DNA of 63,970 nt, the filler included, from Olpidium bornovanus S191 (Eukaryota > Fungi > Olpidiomycota), in assembly GCA_017911155.1 (NCBI GenBank). It is 31 parts of 31 records of this genome, joined end to end, with 100 filler letters (N's around TTAATTAATTAA, not from the genome) between each part and the next. Parts side by side here need not be neighbours in the genome. Positions count along the whole stretch, not along the records: positions 19,805 to 22,065 come from JAEFCI010006366.1; positions 22,166 to 25,791 come from JAEFCI010006500.1; positions 25,892 to 27,536 come from JAEFCI010012024.1; positions 27,637 to 29,558 come from JAEFCI010006335.1; positions 29,659 to 31,118 come from JAEFCI010002983.1; positions 31,219 to 32,263 come from JAEFCI010001776.1; 25 more parts are not named here. One strand, 5' to 3'. The position numbers and the translations under genes were made by a program. Positions within the stretch are counted from its first letter, which is position 1; each line of letters opens with the position of its first letter. The notes under the pieces are model-generated. The model did not search any database and had not been told where the DNA came from. It saw only the letters and a program-made list of their open reading frames with translations. Positions 21,443 to 31,946 of this stretch are shown here, one piece after another.

Positions 21443-23129
21443 CCCCCCTCACCCCGCCCCCAACCGCGGAAGCCTGAAGGATCCCGTTCCGGGGTCCGGG
21501 GACCGGGGGCCGCGCGCGAGCTCGGCGGAATGGGGAACAAAACGAGGGACGGGAGGGTGGTGGCCGACTCACCCAAGTTTTCTGAAAAACTTTCCGACCT
21601 TCATCGTAGACGCGGCGCGTCGTCTGAGATTCCTAGGGCGGCAAACCGCGACAAAGGCTGGCGGAACGCCGGAGAGGCGGGGAGTCACTTTTCTCCCCTC
21701 CCCCTGCCCGCAGCCCGGGCAGCCGTGCGCACGTGCAGGCGAGAGAGAGTTTCGGCCGTCCGCCGGGCGCGGCGTAGACTTCCTGCGAAACAACCGTGCG
21801 CCGGGAGGGTGCGGGGAAGGGGCGGTGGGTGTGCGCGCGCGCCGCCGACCCTGTGCGGAACCGCTCGTTTCGCTGCTGTTCTTGCCTTCTTTTCCCAGGT
21901 CTTTTTTGTTGTGAGCCGCGCAATGCGCATGCGGGTCACGTGATCATGACGTGATCATTACAGTGCCACTCCTGCTGGGTGGGGGAGGAAGCCGGCGCAC
22001 CCAACGGCCAGAACAGCAAAAAAGAAAGTAAGAGAGCAAAACCGCAACACAAATTATCAGCACCANNNNNNNNNNNNNNNNNNNNNNNNNNNNNNNNNNN
22101 NNNNNNNNNTTAATTAATTAANNNNNNNNNNNNNNNNNNNNNNNNNNNNNNNNNNNNNNNNNNNNAACATGAAGGGGATGTTCGACGAGATGTGGGACGA
22201 CCCCGACGTGAAGTGAGCCTCCAAATGAGGAGAGAGGGCGGGGTTGGATGGGTTTCACCATTACAAAAGAGTTTTTTTTCTCTTCCGTTGTCTGCGGTTG
22301 GAACCAGATGGCGCACCGTCATCCGATTGGGTGAGGCTTGGCGTCACGCGGGAAATTCCAACACGCGCCGAAAACAAAACGCAAATTCCGCCTTTTTTTT
22401 TGAGAAGCCAAAAAAAAAACACAACGCCGCCCGTAAAACGCAGCTCGTGCTTTGGTGCTGTTATTCCCCCGAACCCGTCAGGTTTCGGTTTTATAGAAAT
22501 TTCTCCCCGAAATTACCGGAAGTTTTCAGCACAATCTCGAGAACTTTTATTAGTAGGTTCGCGAAAAAATCTCTTACAAAAAATGTCATACTGCTTCTGG
22601 TCGCATGACAGGGGTGGGGAGGGGTTGCGGGACACACCGCAATGCAGACGCGCCTACGGTGTTTGGCTGGTGATGGTCGCGTAAACTGACATTAAGCAGT
22701 TGCATCCAAGAACCCGCGGTTCGAGTCTGCCGCGGTTCTCCGTCATATTTGATGCGGTGCAGGCAATCTTAAACCTCCCCCCTTTTCCTGCCGTTCCTCA
22801 CCTGAAGCCGGGAAACTGACCTGTACTTTAGCCTCGGAAGTTCCACACGTTCCGGCTCAGTTTTAGAAAAATGAAACAACCATCGCCACTCCCGCTACCA
22901 CCGCACACGCCGGAAGCAGCTGAAATTCGGTGAGGCTGGTTGGCGTTCGCCTAATGAGAGGTTCTGGCAGAAAAAAAGCCAGCTCGGATTGGGGTGGGTG
23001 GCAAGTCGTGCGGTTTGGGGAGCCGAGATGAATTCCTGTCAAAAAGGCGCCCCGTCAGAAAAAAAAGAACGATACATCCGCGCGGAGGACGTACCCGCGG
23101 TTTTCGGCATCCCGCCGCAATTCTCACGC

Positions 23130-23980
23130 AAAACGTGACCGAGTAAAGATCCTGCAAGTTCTCAAACAGAAAAAACACAGCGAGCGGGCGGGTCGATGAG
23201 TGGCAAACAGAGGCGTGAATTCAGCGGCACCTAAAGAAAACGCTTGAATCGACCCTGCACCTCTTGAGTTTTCGACGGTGTCGAAAAAAAAATATACCCG
23301 GGGCAACAAAAAAAAAAAAAAAAATAGAAGCTTTCGGCAGCACGGCCGTGCTTTCGCTGTGCCGTGGTTTCGTCGCCGTCTTGTGAAAGTTTTCATACAA
23401 ACGTGACTGAGATCCTACAAGTCCATAAACAGAAAGGTGCAGCTGCCCCGGACCATTTTCCCACCGTACGGGCCCACTTCTCTCGAGTCAAACGTCTCCT
23501 GCCGGTTCTTTCCGACGTCTCAGTTCAGTGTTTTCGAGTACCCCGTACGACCCGCCTTTTGAGTTTCGAGTATACTGTCGACGGCCTTAATCAAAAAGAA
23601 AAGCAGCTTTACACCCTGTTTTTGGTCCGGCAGAATTAGATTTTTCTCTAAATGTTTTGGCGGGTCGAAAACAGCGTGTTTTTGGTTTGGCAAAACATTC
23701 AGAGACAATCCAGGGCTAGTGATACCACTGGCCCAAAACCATTTTCGCATCCCCCGAGAATTTTTGACCAAAAAAAAGGCTCCCACGGGGCACCCTTACC
23801 TGTGGCCTCCTGAGGGGTACTCCTGGTGCTCAAATTTGAAGTCTCGTGCACCGCACAGGATACACAAAAACGAGAGTCAAACACTCCACAGGAGGCCCAT
23901 TTTGGTCTGGATTTGGAGATTCTCACTAAATGTTTTGCCGGACCAAAAACGGCCTGTTTTCGAGTAGTCTAAACAATCAA
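23130..23980. repeat. Degenerate direct repeats with 268-278 bp spacing
   Basis: AAACGTGAC..GATCCT.CAAGT...AAACAGAAA at 23131 and 23399; TTTTGGTC..G...CTAAATGTTTTG.CGG..AAAAC at about 23620-23670 and 23900-23950. Confidence 0.6.
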
Positions 23981-24218
23981 TTGAAAATCTAGGACTTCAA
24001 AAGGTGGATTCAGCGTCGTCCAAAAAAAACCCCCCAAATTGACCATTCCTCTGAGTTATAGGTGTCAAAAGAAAGGAAAAAAGGAAAGAAAAAAAATACT
24101 CTGGCAGACGTCAAATAGCTTCCTCTTCCTTCCTTCCTGCCGATAGCAGTTTGACGTCACTCCTTCCTATCTTTCTTCGTCCGTCTTTCTTTCCTTTCTT
24201 CGTCCTTCCGTCCTTTCT

Positions 24219-24255
<37 letters not shown>

Positions 24256-24524
24256 CCCCCTTCCTTCCTCCAGGACCCTTCCGCGGAGTGAACTCGTTGG
24301 GAATCGCTGCATGGTGCCGGCCGGCACCGGAAATTGCCAAATGGTGCCGGCACCGGATTCCCCCGCAACCCTATATACCCTGGAAAAACCCCGCGCCCCC
24401 GGCTACGGTCAGCCGCCACGCACCCTCACTGTCCCCCGCACTAGCTGGAGCCGGGCAGATTCGCGCACAACGCCGCCTTCCCGCCACCCCCGCCCCCTTC
24501 TTTCCTTCCGGCGGCCGCAAAAGT

Positions 24525-24565
24525 CTAACCCTAACCGCTAACCCAAACCCCAACTAACCCTAACC
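24525..24565. repeat. Interstitial telomere-like (CTAACC/CCCTAA) degenerate repeat
   Basis: ctaacc ctaacc gctaacc caaacc ccaa ctaacc ctaacc. Confidence 0.7.
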
Positions 24566-25256
24566 GCTTTTCGGGGGGGTGGGGTGTCAACGCCGCCGCT
24601 GCGCCGCCCCTGCTTTCCAAGGAGGGTAGTAACTCCCGAGGATACTGGAGGCCGCCGTCTCGGCAATTCGTCGCAATATTGAAGAGCACGAGCGGTAGCG
24701 CGGCGGGCGGGGCAAGTCACGGCACCTGCGGGTTTCGCGGCGCCGACGGCGGCAGCCGCAGCGGACGGGAAAGGTCGTGGTGGGGGAAGGTCGATGACTC
24801 CTCGGGGGGTGGGGGCTGGGGGGGGGGCCGTCGACTCCTCTGCGCCCAATCAGCCTTGTTTGTATCTCCCCCCGTCTACAGGTCGGCAACATTTGAATTT
24901 CTCATTTTCTTCTTTTCCTAATTGGTTCTCTTTCTGAGCGGAGCTAATCCTGGGCGCTCGCCGTGAAACCCGAATCTGCCGCTACGGAATTAAAATACGT
25001 TTGAAGATTTGCCGCCGAAAAACCTTCCGTGGCAAACAAGCCGTGCGTCAGCCAAGCCGGACAGTTCGATTTGAACCACTGCGCGAGAACGAGCAGATGA
25101 GCGGAATCTCCGCCGACAAGCATTCGAAGGCAGACTATCCCAGGCCAGGTGCCAGCAGCACAACACTATTCGCTACATCCATGTACAAGTACTCTTTAGG
25201 TTCCTTCTTGCCGGTCTCGACGCGGGGCTCAGATTCGTCACGAACAGCGGAGCTTC

Positions 25257-25681
25257 CTACCGTGCGCTTGTTCTCGCGGTGCAGGCGTTGGTGGGAAGGT
25301 TTCGAAGATCCTTTCGCATCTCGTACGCATCTCTGTCGAACGGGGAACGGAAAGCGCTTGGTAAGACAGCACCACCACCTCGGGACACGCCGGAATAAGG
25401 CACAGTTTCACGTACTCTCCGTCGGCATAGTAGCTCTTTTCCAGCTGGTGTATCCTGCAGGATCAAAGGCGCAAAAATAGCCAGAAGGCGTTCAGCCGGC
25501 GATCAAAAGGCCCGTCCCACGTTTAAATACGGGACGACGAAAATAAAAAAATTGAACAGGCCAAAAGCGGCGACGCACTTGAACTTCAGTGTGTCGGTGT
25601 ACAGGGAAAATGCGGCGCGGTTCGTTTTCCGTACGTGCAGCGAGACATAATGCGCGCCGAACACCTCTCTCATGGCCTTTT
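25257..25681 (-). CDS. ARD1: NatA N-terminal acetyltransferase catalytic subunit (Ard1/NAA10), 5' truncated
   Basis: Exons 25681-25579, 25454-25416 and 25332-25257 give [56 protein letters not shown]. Confidence 0.93.
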
Positions 25682-26462
25682 CTGCAAGGGCGGAACAGGG
25701 ATCGAACATATAACAACAATCGTGCGGAAGTTTTCTCCTGCAGTAAGGAAAGAGCTGATGACTTTCGATCCGGCTCCGCAAACCAAAAAATNNNNNNNNN
25801 NNNNNNNNNNNNNNNNNNNNNNNNNNNNNNNNNNNTTAATTAATTAANNNNNNNNNNNNNNNNNNNNNNNNNNNNNNNNNNNNNNNNNNNNGTCCCTGGG
25901 GATCAGCGGATTTCACGAGTTATCCAACTGCACGACCACCGACGTCGCGAGGTCCGTCCGCTTATTACCGAGAAAATCGATCTCGGAGTTCTTGACCCCC
26001 GGGGTGCATGACGCAGGAAGGACTTACCCACCCCCCACCTCGCGTGAGAAGTAAACCTTATCAGCAGCGATGGAAATGGGCCTGGCCCGGCACAGAGGTG
26101 AGCCGCATTATCTCTTTTATCCTTCGAGGTGGCCGGGTCCGGCACCGTTTTCGTTCCCACGGTGGTCCCAGTTTGGGAAACCAAAAAAAAAAATTGAATT
26201 TAAACTTCCCGCGCGGACAATTTGCCACGTTTGCTGCCATTATGTCCCTTGGCCTCGGTGAGAACCAACGCGCGAGATAAAAAAAAAAAAATTTACGCGC
26301 GAAACTTTCGACGCAAAGAACCCCGGCGATAAACTCCGCGGCCGCACGTTTACATAGAATACATAAAACCATTGGACAACCAATACTCTTTTGTGCGTTT
26401 CCGGCACCCCGTCGTTCCTCCTTTAGCTTTTTTCGCGGCCCGGGATAAAAACCATGGTCTTC

Positions 26463-27455
26463 TTATTTCCCGCCGGTTGTACCGAGGCCCATAAACGTCT
26501 TCCACGAGTCGTATATCCACCATTGCAATCCTAAGCCAAAACGAAAACGGCCGAAAAGCCCGCGGGCGGTCAGCAAAACCGCGTGAGTCCCGGGCCCCTG
26601 AGTTCCAAAGTGGCCCGGAGAACGGAGCGTGGAAAGGGGGAGGGGGGGGGGAAGGGAGGTCGCAAACGTAATTTGGCCTGGATGTACACACTGACCCGTG
26701 AGGGTACCGATCATGATCACCCTGGTGCCGAGGCCCTTGGACATCAAATTTACAACGCCTGTTTCCCCGATGATCTGGCCGATGCTCTTGCCCTTGTTGG
26801 ACGCCTTGCCCATCAGCGAGACGACGGAGTCGGCCGGGTGGGAGACGACGGCGCAAATGATCCCTGCAGCGTAACCGGACCCGAAGGTGACGCCGAGCTG
26901 CGTGGCCTTGGAGTACTCGGATTTGGGACGCGTGAGCAGACTCGAGTAAACCAGAGACACGATCTGCGTTTGATAGGGTAAAACACCGGGGAAAGGGAAT
27001 AGAGAGCCGCAAAAGGAAGAGATGAGAGCCTGACCGTTTGGCGGGATTTTCCCGCACTATGCCACGACTGGACGTAATAAAAAATAATAAAAGATTTCTG
27101 GTTCGGAAGCGACTTCCGGTGACCGACCTTTTCAAAGAAGTAAAATTTGGCCATCTGCAAGAAGGAAGACCATCGCCACGCATTTCGGGTCATTCAGCAC
27201 GATACAACAGCATCATCCAACGCAAACTTCCCTTCCTCGTGAACGGCTTTCGGGCGCCTCACCCACCCACCGTGTACGGGATTTGCCGGCTCCAAAGCGG
27301 AACGAGCGAGCGGAAAGGGAACCCGGTATCCGCGGCGTGTAACCGCATCTGGGTGAGAGCAGGGGCGAACGGGGTTGGGAAAGTCCCGGCCGGCGAAGTC
27401 TGGACCTTCACCTTAACCATCTCCATCGGACACAACGCTATGTCGGCGAAAAACT
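26463..27455 (-). CDS. MIR1: Mitochondrial phosphate carrier (SLC25A3/Mir1 family), 5' truncated
   Basis: Exons 27455-27271, 27154-27128, 26963-26696 and 26530-26463 give EFFADIALCPMEMVKVKVQT, LVPLWSRQIPYTMAKF, SHPADSVVS and GLGTRVIMIGTLTGLQWWIYD. Confidence 0.9.
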
Positions 27456-27636
27456 CTAAAAAATAAAGAATAAAGACGATGCTTGCATTCCAGACGCGTA
27501 CTCGCTCTTCCGTTAACCCAAATCGAACGGGCATGANNNNNNNNNNNNNNNNNNNNNNNNNNNNNNNNNNNNNNNNNNNNTTAATTAATTAANNNNNNNN
27601 NNNNNNNNNNNNNNNNNNNNNNNNNNNNNNNNNNNN

Positions 27637-29093
27637 CATGATCCCGAACCCAAACTTGTGCTGGCATCGGGCGTGGTCCATCTCGCCGGACAAGAGGAAA
27701 GAGAAGCCGGGGGCGAGCTTCTCCTCCAAGACGGCGGACAGCTTGCCCTGGGAGTCGAGCTGGCCGCGAAAGGTGGCCTGCCGGAACTCGAACTTCCCCG
27801 CGATGGTCGTGACGGCCTCCCGCCGCCCGCCGCTGGCGAGGATCTGGCACTCGGCGGCGACGTCAACCTTTTCGTTGATCTTCTGGACGTACGCGAGCGA
27901 CATCGAGCCGAAGGACTGGACCGTCGCGGTCGCGGCGAAGTCCTTGCCGGTGTACTTGCCCACGAGGGATGCCGCCGTCTCGCTCGACTGCGGCGTCGGC
28001 CGCTGGTACACCGTCTCCAACCCGAGAGCCAGCTGCGACGTCACGGACTGCAGGTAGCTCGCAACGTATATCCCCGTGCCCTCCGCCAGCGACGGGTTGA
28101 CCGCCTTGACGTTGGCGGTGAAGTCGCTGCCGAGGTACTCCTGCTCCAGCTGCAGCATAGAGTGACCGGGCGTGCCGAAGATCTGCGCGAAAACGTTTCC
28201 GGTTCCCAAAAGGCGACAGGGACGTTGTCAGACGCGGCGGCGTGGATAGAAACGAAAAAAAGAAAAGCGGCTTATCCGGCCTGCCAAAAAAAAAATTTAG
28301 CGGCGTTCCGGAAAAGACGGGTGCGCTCTCGCGGACCTGAGACTGCAGCGAAGTCTTGTTCTTCGGAGACCACGCAAAATTCGCCCGCCCTTGGAGACTG
28401 CCGTCCGTGTCGATGGTTCCTTGCAGGAACGTCTTGCCGACAACACAGTCAACAAAAAAAAGAAAAAAAAAATAAACGGCGCAAAAACGTGAGCCGTCGT
28501 TCCTGGGTCCACAGGTCGCGAAAAAGCCCGAGCAAACGCACCGACCTTGTCGCCGACGTACACAGCGCCGAAGCTGTACATTGGCGGCACGGCGGCCGAG
28601 CCCATGGAGAAAGCGTGGGTCACTTGGAAGGCGGGATCTTGCGGGGACAACACCTTAGTCATGTCCGCCCGCGCTCCGTCAAAGAGGTGGTTTGTTGTGG
28701 TGACGGCTACACGGCAAGGGGCATTTTGCCCGTTGAACGACAGGAAACCGAAGCCGACGTCAGCAGTCCCGCTCGTCGCCGCCTCCCGCACTCCCTTCGG
28801 CATAAGGGCAAGGCCACGTTTCGCTTCCGCCGCCCCCCCTTGCGCGCGCGCGCTCCACCCCCGCCGGTTTTTTTTATTTTTTATTTTTTTTTTTCTCCCC
28901 CCTGGGGCGCGCGCGTACACTTGAGTTCCTTGGACAGGGCCTCGTAGGGCCCGGGCGAGGGCAGGCCGCGTCGGTACTCCCGCAGCCTGGCGAAGAGGCC
29001 CTGCGGCGCGGGCGGCAGGAGGCTCTTCTTTTCCCCCGCCGCCGGCGCCGGGGCGGCGGTCGCGCGCAGCTCTGTGGCGGAGGGCGCGGGCAT
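27637..29093 (-). CDS. TOM40: Mitochondrial outer-membrane translocase channel Tom40, 3' truncated
   Basis: Contains LPSPGPYEALSKELK, NHLFDGARADMTK, PAFQVTHAFSMG, FLQGTIDTDG, LEQEYLGSDF, ASYLQSVTSQLALGLE and GEMDH..HKFGFG. Confidence 0.93.
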
Positions 29094-29112
29094 TGGGGTG
29101 TTGCGTTTCAGC

Positions 29113-29301
29113 AAAGGAAGGGGAGGAGAGGAGGAGGAGGAGGAGGAGGAGAGCAGAGCGGGAAGAGGAAACGGGGAGAGAAGAAACAGGAGAGAAGAAA
29201 CAGGAGAGGAGGAACAGGAAGAGGAAGAAAAGGAAGAGGAAGTGGAAAAAGAGGAAGTGGAAGAAGACGAAGAAGAGGAAGACGAAGGAGAGGAAGAAGA
29301 C

Positions 29302-29333
<32 letters not shown>

Positions 29334-29391
29334 AGAAGAGGAAGAAGAGGAAGAAGAAGTCGAAGAAGGAGACGAAGAAGAAGAGGAAGAG
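29113..29391. repeat. Purine-only GAA/GAG triplet-rich tract upstream of the TOM40 start
   Basis: About 280 nt of nearly pure A/G on the + strand. Confidence 0.85.
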
Positions 29392-29465
29392 CGCCCCCCG
29401 CCCCCGCCCAATTTCCTTCTCCCCCTCCCACCCGGAAACCAAACACACGCACGCGGGAGGGGGCG

Positions 29466-29558
<93 letters not shown>

Positions 29559-29928
29559 NNNNNNNNNNNNNNNNNNNNNNNNNNNNNNNNNNNNNNNNNN
29601 NNTTAATTAATTAANNNNNNNNNNNNNNNNNNNNNNNNNNNNNNNNNNNNNNNNNNNNGGTTTTTTTTTTTTTTTTTTTTTTTGCATCTTTCGCCTGCGC
29701 GGTGATCGACGGAGGCACGGGTCCGGGTGAAGCGGCGTGTGGGGCTAACGGCACGCGGGACGCGCCCGCGTCGCGCGAAACTCATAGAGCGGACACCCGC
29801 GGACCCCGCCCCGCGGCGGCCTCCGCGAGGGGGAAGATGCCGAGTCGCCGCCGCCGCGCCCTGCGGGGCCGAGGCGGTCGTGCCCGCACACCCGCCGTAA
29901 CCCCGCGGCGCGCCACCGCCGGCAGTGG

Positions 29929-30636
29929 ATGAAGCTGTGGAACGCCTTCCGCGACGACCAGAACGTGACCGTGGCGGACCGGGACATGAGCGCCAAGACG
30001 CTCAACCTCCTGCTGGAGCGCTTCTTCTCCCAGCTGTCCCAGCGCAACGGCAAGGACTACTCCGTGTTCTCCGTCAAGCAAATGTGGAGCACGCTCAACT
30101 GCCACTTCTCGGAGCTCGAGCCGCCCGAGCGGCGCAACGACCTGCGCCTCCCGGACTTCGACGGCGCCCGGAGGTGCTACGAGGAGAAGATGGGAAAGGG
30201 GAGGAAGGTTGCCGCCGCCCGCTTCCGCCGCGCCTCGGCGCCCGCGGGGCGGTCTTCGCGGCGGACCGGCGACGCGTCGTTCGACGACGTCCTCCGCGGC
30301 AACTCCGCCTACGGCCTGCCCGGCGCCGGGTGCGCGGACGCCAACGCGACTCCGCGCGCCGGCGACGTCGATTCGTGCCTGGGTTCGGCGGTGTCCGCGG
30401 ACGCCGCGGTCACGCAGTTCGGCCTCCACGGCGCCGGGGACGAAGACCCCTCCTTCGTTTTTCCCTCCGTGCGCAACAACAGTCCCCAGACGTCGGTGGC
30501 GCTCTGCGAACCCTTGGCCGCACACGGGCCCGGCGAGGATGATGGCCAGCGCCTGAGGCGCCACCAAGTTGCAATGGCCGAGATCTTCAAGGGCTTCAAC
30601 CTGCAGGGGGCAAACATCCACCTGCATTTCCACTAA
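29929..30636 (+). CDS. Crypton/DUF3504-associated (ZMYM/QRICH1-like) core-binding-domain protein lacking the recombinase catalytic domain
   Basis: WMKLWNAF..MSAKTLNLLLERFFSQLSQRNGKDYSVFSVKQMWSTLNCHF..PDFDGARRCYEEKM matches the L..LL..F...V.K.DG..Y...SL......L.R.L...F..SR..L..KM pattern that precedes Crypton tyrosine recombinases. The frame is open from 29788, with host-like high GC3. Confidence 0.68.
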   Translation: MKLWNAFRDDQNVTVADRDMSAKTLNLLLERFFSQLSQRNGKDYSVFSVKQMWSTLNCHFSELEPPERRNDLRLPDFDGARRCYEEKMGKGRKVAAARFRRASAPAGRSSRRTGDASFDDVLRGNSAYGLPGAGCADANATPRAGDVDSCLGSAVSADAAVTQFGLHGAGDEDPSFVFPSVRNNSPQTSVALCEPLAAHGPGEDDGQRLRRHQVAMAEIFKGFNLQGANIHLHFH

Positions 30637-31218
30637 ATAGTCGGAAGAGGAATGGGAACCGACCCCGCCCGGCGAAAACTCGCGATGCCCGCAACACCCG
30701 CCCGACGCTTTTGCGGCGCACGAGGCCTCAATTCGACGAAGGCGGTGTGCGAAACCGTTCCCGACCGGACGCCCACGAGGTCATCCTGTGCTTCGGCTTT
30801 TCTCCTTAATGATCCTTGCAAATTCCTCCCAGATGTTTGTTTTCGGCAGGTCCTGCGGATCCGTTGCGGATCGTGTTTCCCCCCCCCCCCCCCCCCCCCG
30901 CTGACGTTTATAACCACGCTTAGGGTACCCTTTTGAACCTTCGTCTGCCCGTTCGAGCGATGCCGCCTTTTTCATACCCCGACTGTCGAATTCACGTCAT
31001 GGTTTTTCCAATAGGCCGCGGAACCTCAAAAAGCAGTAAAAAAAGGAGAGGATGGGTGGGTCAGGCGGAGATGAATGCTTTGCGGGTACTACGCACCCAT
31101 ACTGTCGTACTCCTCAAANNNNNNNNNNNNNNNNNNNNNNNNNNNNNNNNNNNNNNNNNNNNTTAATTAATTAANNNNNNNNNNNNNNNNNNNNNNNNNN
31201 NNNNNNNNNNNNNNNNNN

Positions 31219-31261
<43 letters not shown>

Positions 31262-31374
31262 CGGATCCCGATCCGCCGCCGGCAAACAGCAAAAGTGGGT
31301 TTTTGTCCCACTACTGCCGAGGGGCGTCTGGAAAGGCGTGCTAAAAAAAAAAAAAAAAAAAAAACAGGGACAAC

Positions 31375-31671
31375 ATGTGGATTGTCCTAAATCTTAAGTC
31401 GAAAGACATTCGTGAACAGGAGGATCGGCGGCGGCAGAATTGCCCTCGGACGAACGCCCGCTTTGAGATGGAGCAGAACAAGATTGAAATTGAACAACTT
31501 CGGGGTCGAGGCCGAGACAGAAGACAAAAAAAAAAAAAAAAAAAAACGTCAGGTGCGCCCAACGCTTTGCTGATGCAGCTCGTCAGCGCCAACAAGAGTG
31601 TGGAAGAAGTCAGAACTCTTTTCGAGCTCCTCAATGAACGAGAGCTACCGCCTCAGCGTCTCCGTTTGTAA
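31375..31671 (+). CDS. Short coiled-coil hypothetical ORF
   Basis: Charged helical sequence ending LLMQLVSANKSVEEVRTLFELL; no family confirmed. Confidence 0.3.
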   Translation: MWIVLNLKSKDIREQEDRRRQNCPRTNARFEMEQNKIEIEQLRGRGRDRRQKKKKKKTSGAPNALLMQLVSANKSVEEVRTLFELLNERELPPQRLRL

Positions 31672-31912
31672 TTCTCCTTTTATCCGCCTGGAATTCTCGT
31701 TTATGCCGCATGTACTGCTCGACAATCGACAATGACACCCCCCTATTTGTGGCTACAGGAAATAGCGCCGCCATGCTTACGCGGCCTACTTTACGTAGAG
31801 CCCGCCTAGCCCCTTTATTCTGGACTACGGCGCCCAGGAAAGGAGGAGTTCTTTTCGCGCTGGTGTTGCAGCGTTCTCCCCCCCCCCCCCCCTTTTTTTT
31901 TTTTTCATATCG

Positions 31913-31946
<34 letters not shown>

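Noticed and set aside
22166-22212. Small exon NMKGMFDEMWDDPDV followed by a GTGAG donor
   Set aside because: Probably coding, but too short to assign and no downstream exon could be linked.
22624-22740. tRNA-like region: A-box-like TGGCTGGTGATGG, B-box-like GGTTCGAGTC, and two hairpins (22624-22642, 22709-22739)
   Set aside because: The acceptor stem does not pair and no anticodon arm forms. At most it is a pol III-like or SINE remnant; tRNAscan-SE or Infernal would settle it.
29074-29614. Poly-Glu, poly-Ser and poly-Lys/Arg ORFs
   Set aside because: They are translations of the GAA/GAG tract and A-runs upstream of TOM40, not genes.
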